From a virus (taxonomy: Duplodnaviria > Caudoviricetes), in the IMG/VR virus record IMGVR_UViG_3300029145_000004, positions 1-47,282 of that record: a DNA stretch of 47,282 nucleotides; one strand, given 5' to 3'. The notes under the pieces are model-generated. The model was not told the origin of the DNA. It searched no databases and saw only the letters and a list, made by a program, of their open reading frames with translations. Both the position numbers and the translations under genes were made by a program. Below, one piece after another: positions 46,021-47,282 of this stretch; position 1 is the stretch's first letter, and each line of letters opens with the position of its first letter.

Positions 46021-46454
46021 AGATGTGCCCTGGATGTAAAGTAGAAAAGGTATACTCTGAGTATCATAAGAACAGAGCTGCAAAAGATGGATTACAATAT
46101 CATTGTAAAGATTGTAGAAGGATAATAGAGAAGAAATCTCCAAAGAAGTTGGCTAGAGATAGAGCGAGGTACCATAACAATAAAGCTCAGTATTTAAATT
46201 CTACATACCTTAGGATGTATTCAATTTCACTAGATGAGTACAATTTACTATTAGAGAAACAGAATAATGTTTGTGCTATATGTAAGGGTACTTGTTCTAG
46301 CGGAAGAAGGTTAGCAGTAGACCATGATCATGTCACAAATGAAGTAAGAGGTCTTCTTTGTGGTAATTGTAATACAGGTCTAGGTAACTTTAAAGATAAC
46401 ATTGATCTTTTGAGTGAAGCTCAAAACTATCTATTGAGGAAATATGACAGCTAG
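46011..46454 (+). CDS. Endonuclease VII-family nuclease (probable homing endonuclease)
   Basis: QNNVCAIC..LAVDHDH..VRGLLCGNCNTGLG. Confidence 0.88.
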   Translation: MVMKMCPGCKVEKVYSEYHKNRAAKDGLQYHCKDCRRIIEKKSPKKLARDRARYHNNKAQYLNSTYLRMYSISLDEYNLLLEKQNNVCAICKGTCSSGRRLAVDHDHVTNEVRGLLCGNCNTGLGNFKDNIDLLSEAQNYLLRKYDS

Positions 46455-47112
46455 AAGCAGTGTAGTAAAAATTGAACACCTAGCAACTATGGAACCTCTT
46501 ACAGACAATCAGCAGGAGTTCTTCTCCTCGTATAATGAAAAGGATGTTTTACTTCTACATGGTTGTGCTGGAACAGGTAAGACGGCTATATCTGTATACA
46601 AAGCCCTAGAAACTGTATTAGACAAAGGGAATGTATACAACAGAGTTGTTCTTGTGAGATCTGCTGTCCCTGCCAGGGAAATAGGACATCTTCCAGGAGA
46701 CTTGGAAGAGAAAGGGATGGTGTATGAATCACCTTATATATCTCTATGTAATGATTTATTAAGTAGAGGGGATGGGTATATTAGACTTAAGGAACAGAAG
46801 CATTTAACCTTCTGTCTCTCTTCTTACCTGCGAGGTATTACTCTAGATAATAGCATTATAGTGGTGGATGAGATACAGAACATGAACTATGTAGAACTGT
46901 ACACCATTATGACTAGGATAGGTATTGATAGTAAGATAGTGTTCTGTGGTGATACAAAACAGAATGATATTAACGGTAAATCAGGTCTTGACAAATTCAT
47001 GAGAGTGTTAGATAATATGCCTTCTGCTTGTCACATTGAATTTACTATTGATGATATTGTGAGAAGTGACTTAGTGAAAGAATTTTTAATTGCAGAGAGT
47101 AAAATAGGATAA
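46444..47112 (+). CDS. phoH: PhoH-like ATPase
   Basis: PLTDNQ, GCAGTGKT, IGHLPGDLEEK, YLRGITLD, DEIQN, GDTKQND, DIVRS. Confidence 0.92.
   Translation: MTARSSVVKIEHLATMEPLTDNQQEFFSSYNEKDVLLLHGCAGTGKTAISVYKALETVLDKGNVYNRVVLVRSAVPAREIGHLPGDLEEKGMVYESPYISLCNDLLSRGDGYIRLKEQKHLTFCLSSYLRGITLDNSIIVVDEIQNMNYVELYTIMTRIGIDSKIVFCGDTKQNDINGKSGLDKFMRVLDNMPSACHIEFTIDDIVRSDLVKEFLIAESKIG
46988..47016 (+). promoter_or_regulatory. Sigma70-like promoter upstream of the thyX/nrdJ block (across the junction)
   Basis: TTGACA-N17-GATAAT. Confidence 0.45.
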
Positions 47113-47115
47113 ATT

Positions 47116-47282
47116 ATGAAAGAATATATTATGTTGGTTGGTGAATGCATTTGGGCTGTTTTTACTAGTGAATTTGATACTAGCGTCACTACTGTGGTGG
47201 TAGAAGAACCTGCACCTGCTCCAGTACACTGGAATCTAGAGATTTCTGCTGTAACGGCTGTATTCATTATGGCTTGTTTGTT
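47116..47282 (+). CDS. Membrane protein spanning the circular junction (continues to TGA at 138-140)
   Basis: MKEYIMLVGE...VFIMACLLSLIIGGLVNL; AGGA RBS; C-terminal TM helix. Confidence 0.65.
   Translation, partial: MKEYIMLVGECIWAVFTSEFDTSVTTVVVEEPAPAPVHWNLEISAVTAVFIMACL
47185..47282 (+). repeat. Second copy of the terminal overlap
   Basis: Identical to 9..106. Confidence 0.95.

Overview
The window is an essentially complete, circularly permuted genome of a lytic podovirus. A 98-nt terminal overlap (9..106 = 47185..47282) closes the circle. The two-arm layout resembles Zobellviridae (SIO1/PA11/ICP2-type). The + arm (32.9 kb to the end, continuing 1-4.9 kb) carries small early genes, primase, helicase, a family A DNA polymerase in three pieces, a probable SSB, exonuclease, phosphoesterase, PhoH, ThyX, a MazG-like protein and a class II ribonucleotide reductase. 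The - arm (32.1 to 5.0 kb) carries the terminases, tailspike, lysis cassette with nested spanins (Gram-negative host), portal, scaffold, capsid, tail and internal virion proteins. No RNA polymerase, integrase, tRNA or CRISPR array was seen. The most unusual signals are non-coding. (1) Two homologous ~130-nt cassettes (14512-14643 on +, 36984-37119 on -), each a near-consensus sigma70 promoter firing antisense to its operon into a ~95-nt U-rich two-hairpin RNA; hairpin 1 keeps its pairing with unrelated sequence. (2) A canonical type I hammerhead ribozyme in the early transcript (33613-33666). (3) Three sigma28-like early promoters. (4) A group IA2 intron in nrdJ whose endonuclease RBS is sequestered in a hairpin. 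(5) An over-represented CGGTCACG motif. Protein-level oddities include the fragmented polA, a split tail nozzle with an added domain and duplicated tail adaptor genes. All family calls are from motif recognition by eye, not database searches.
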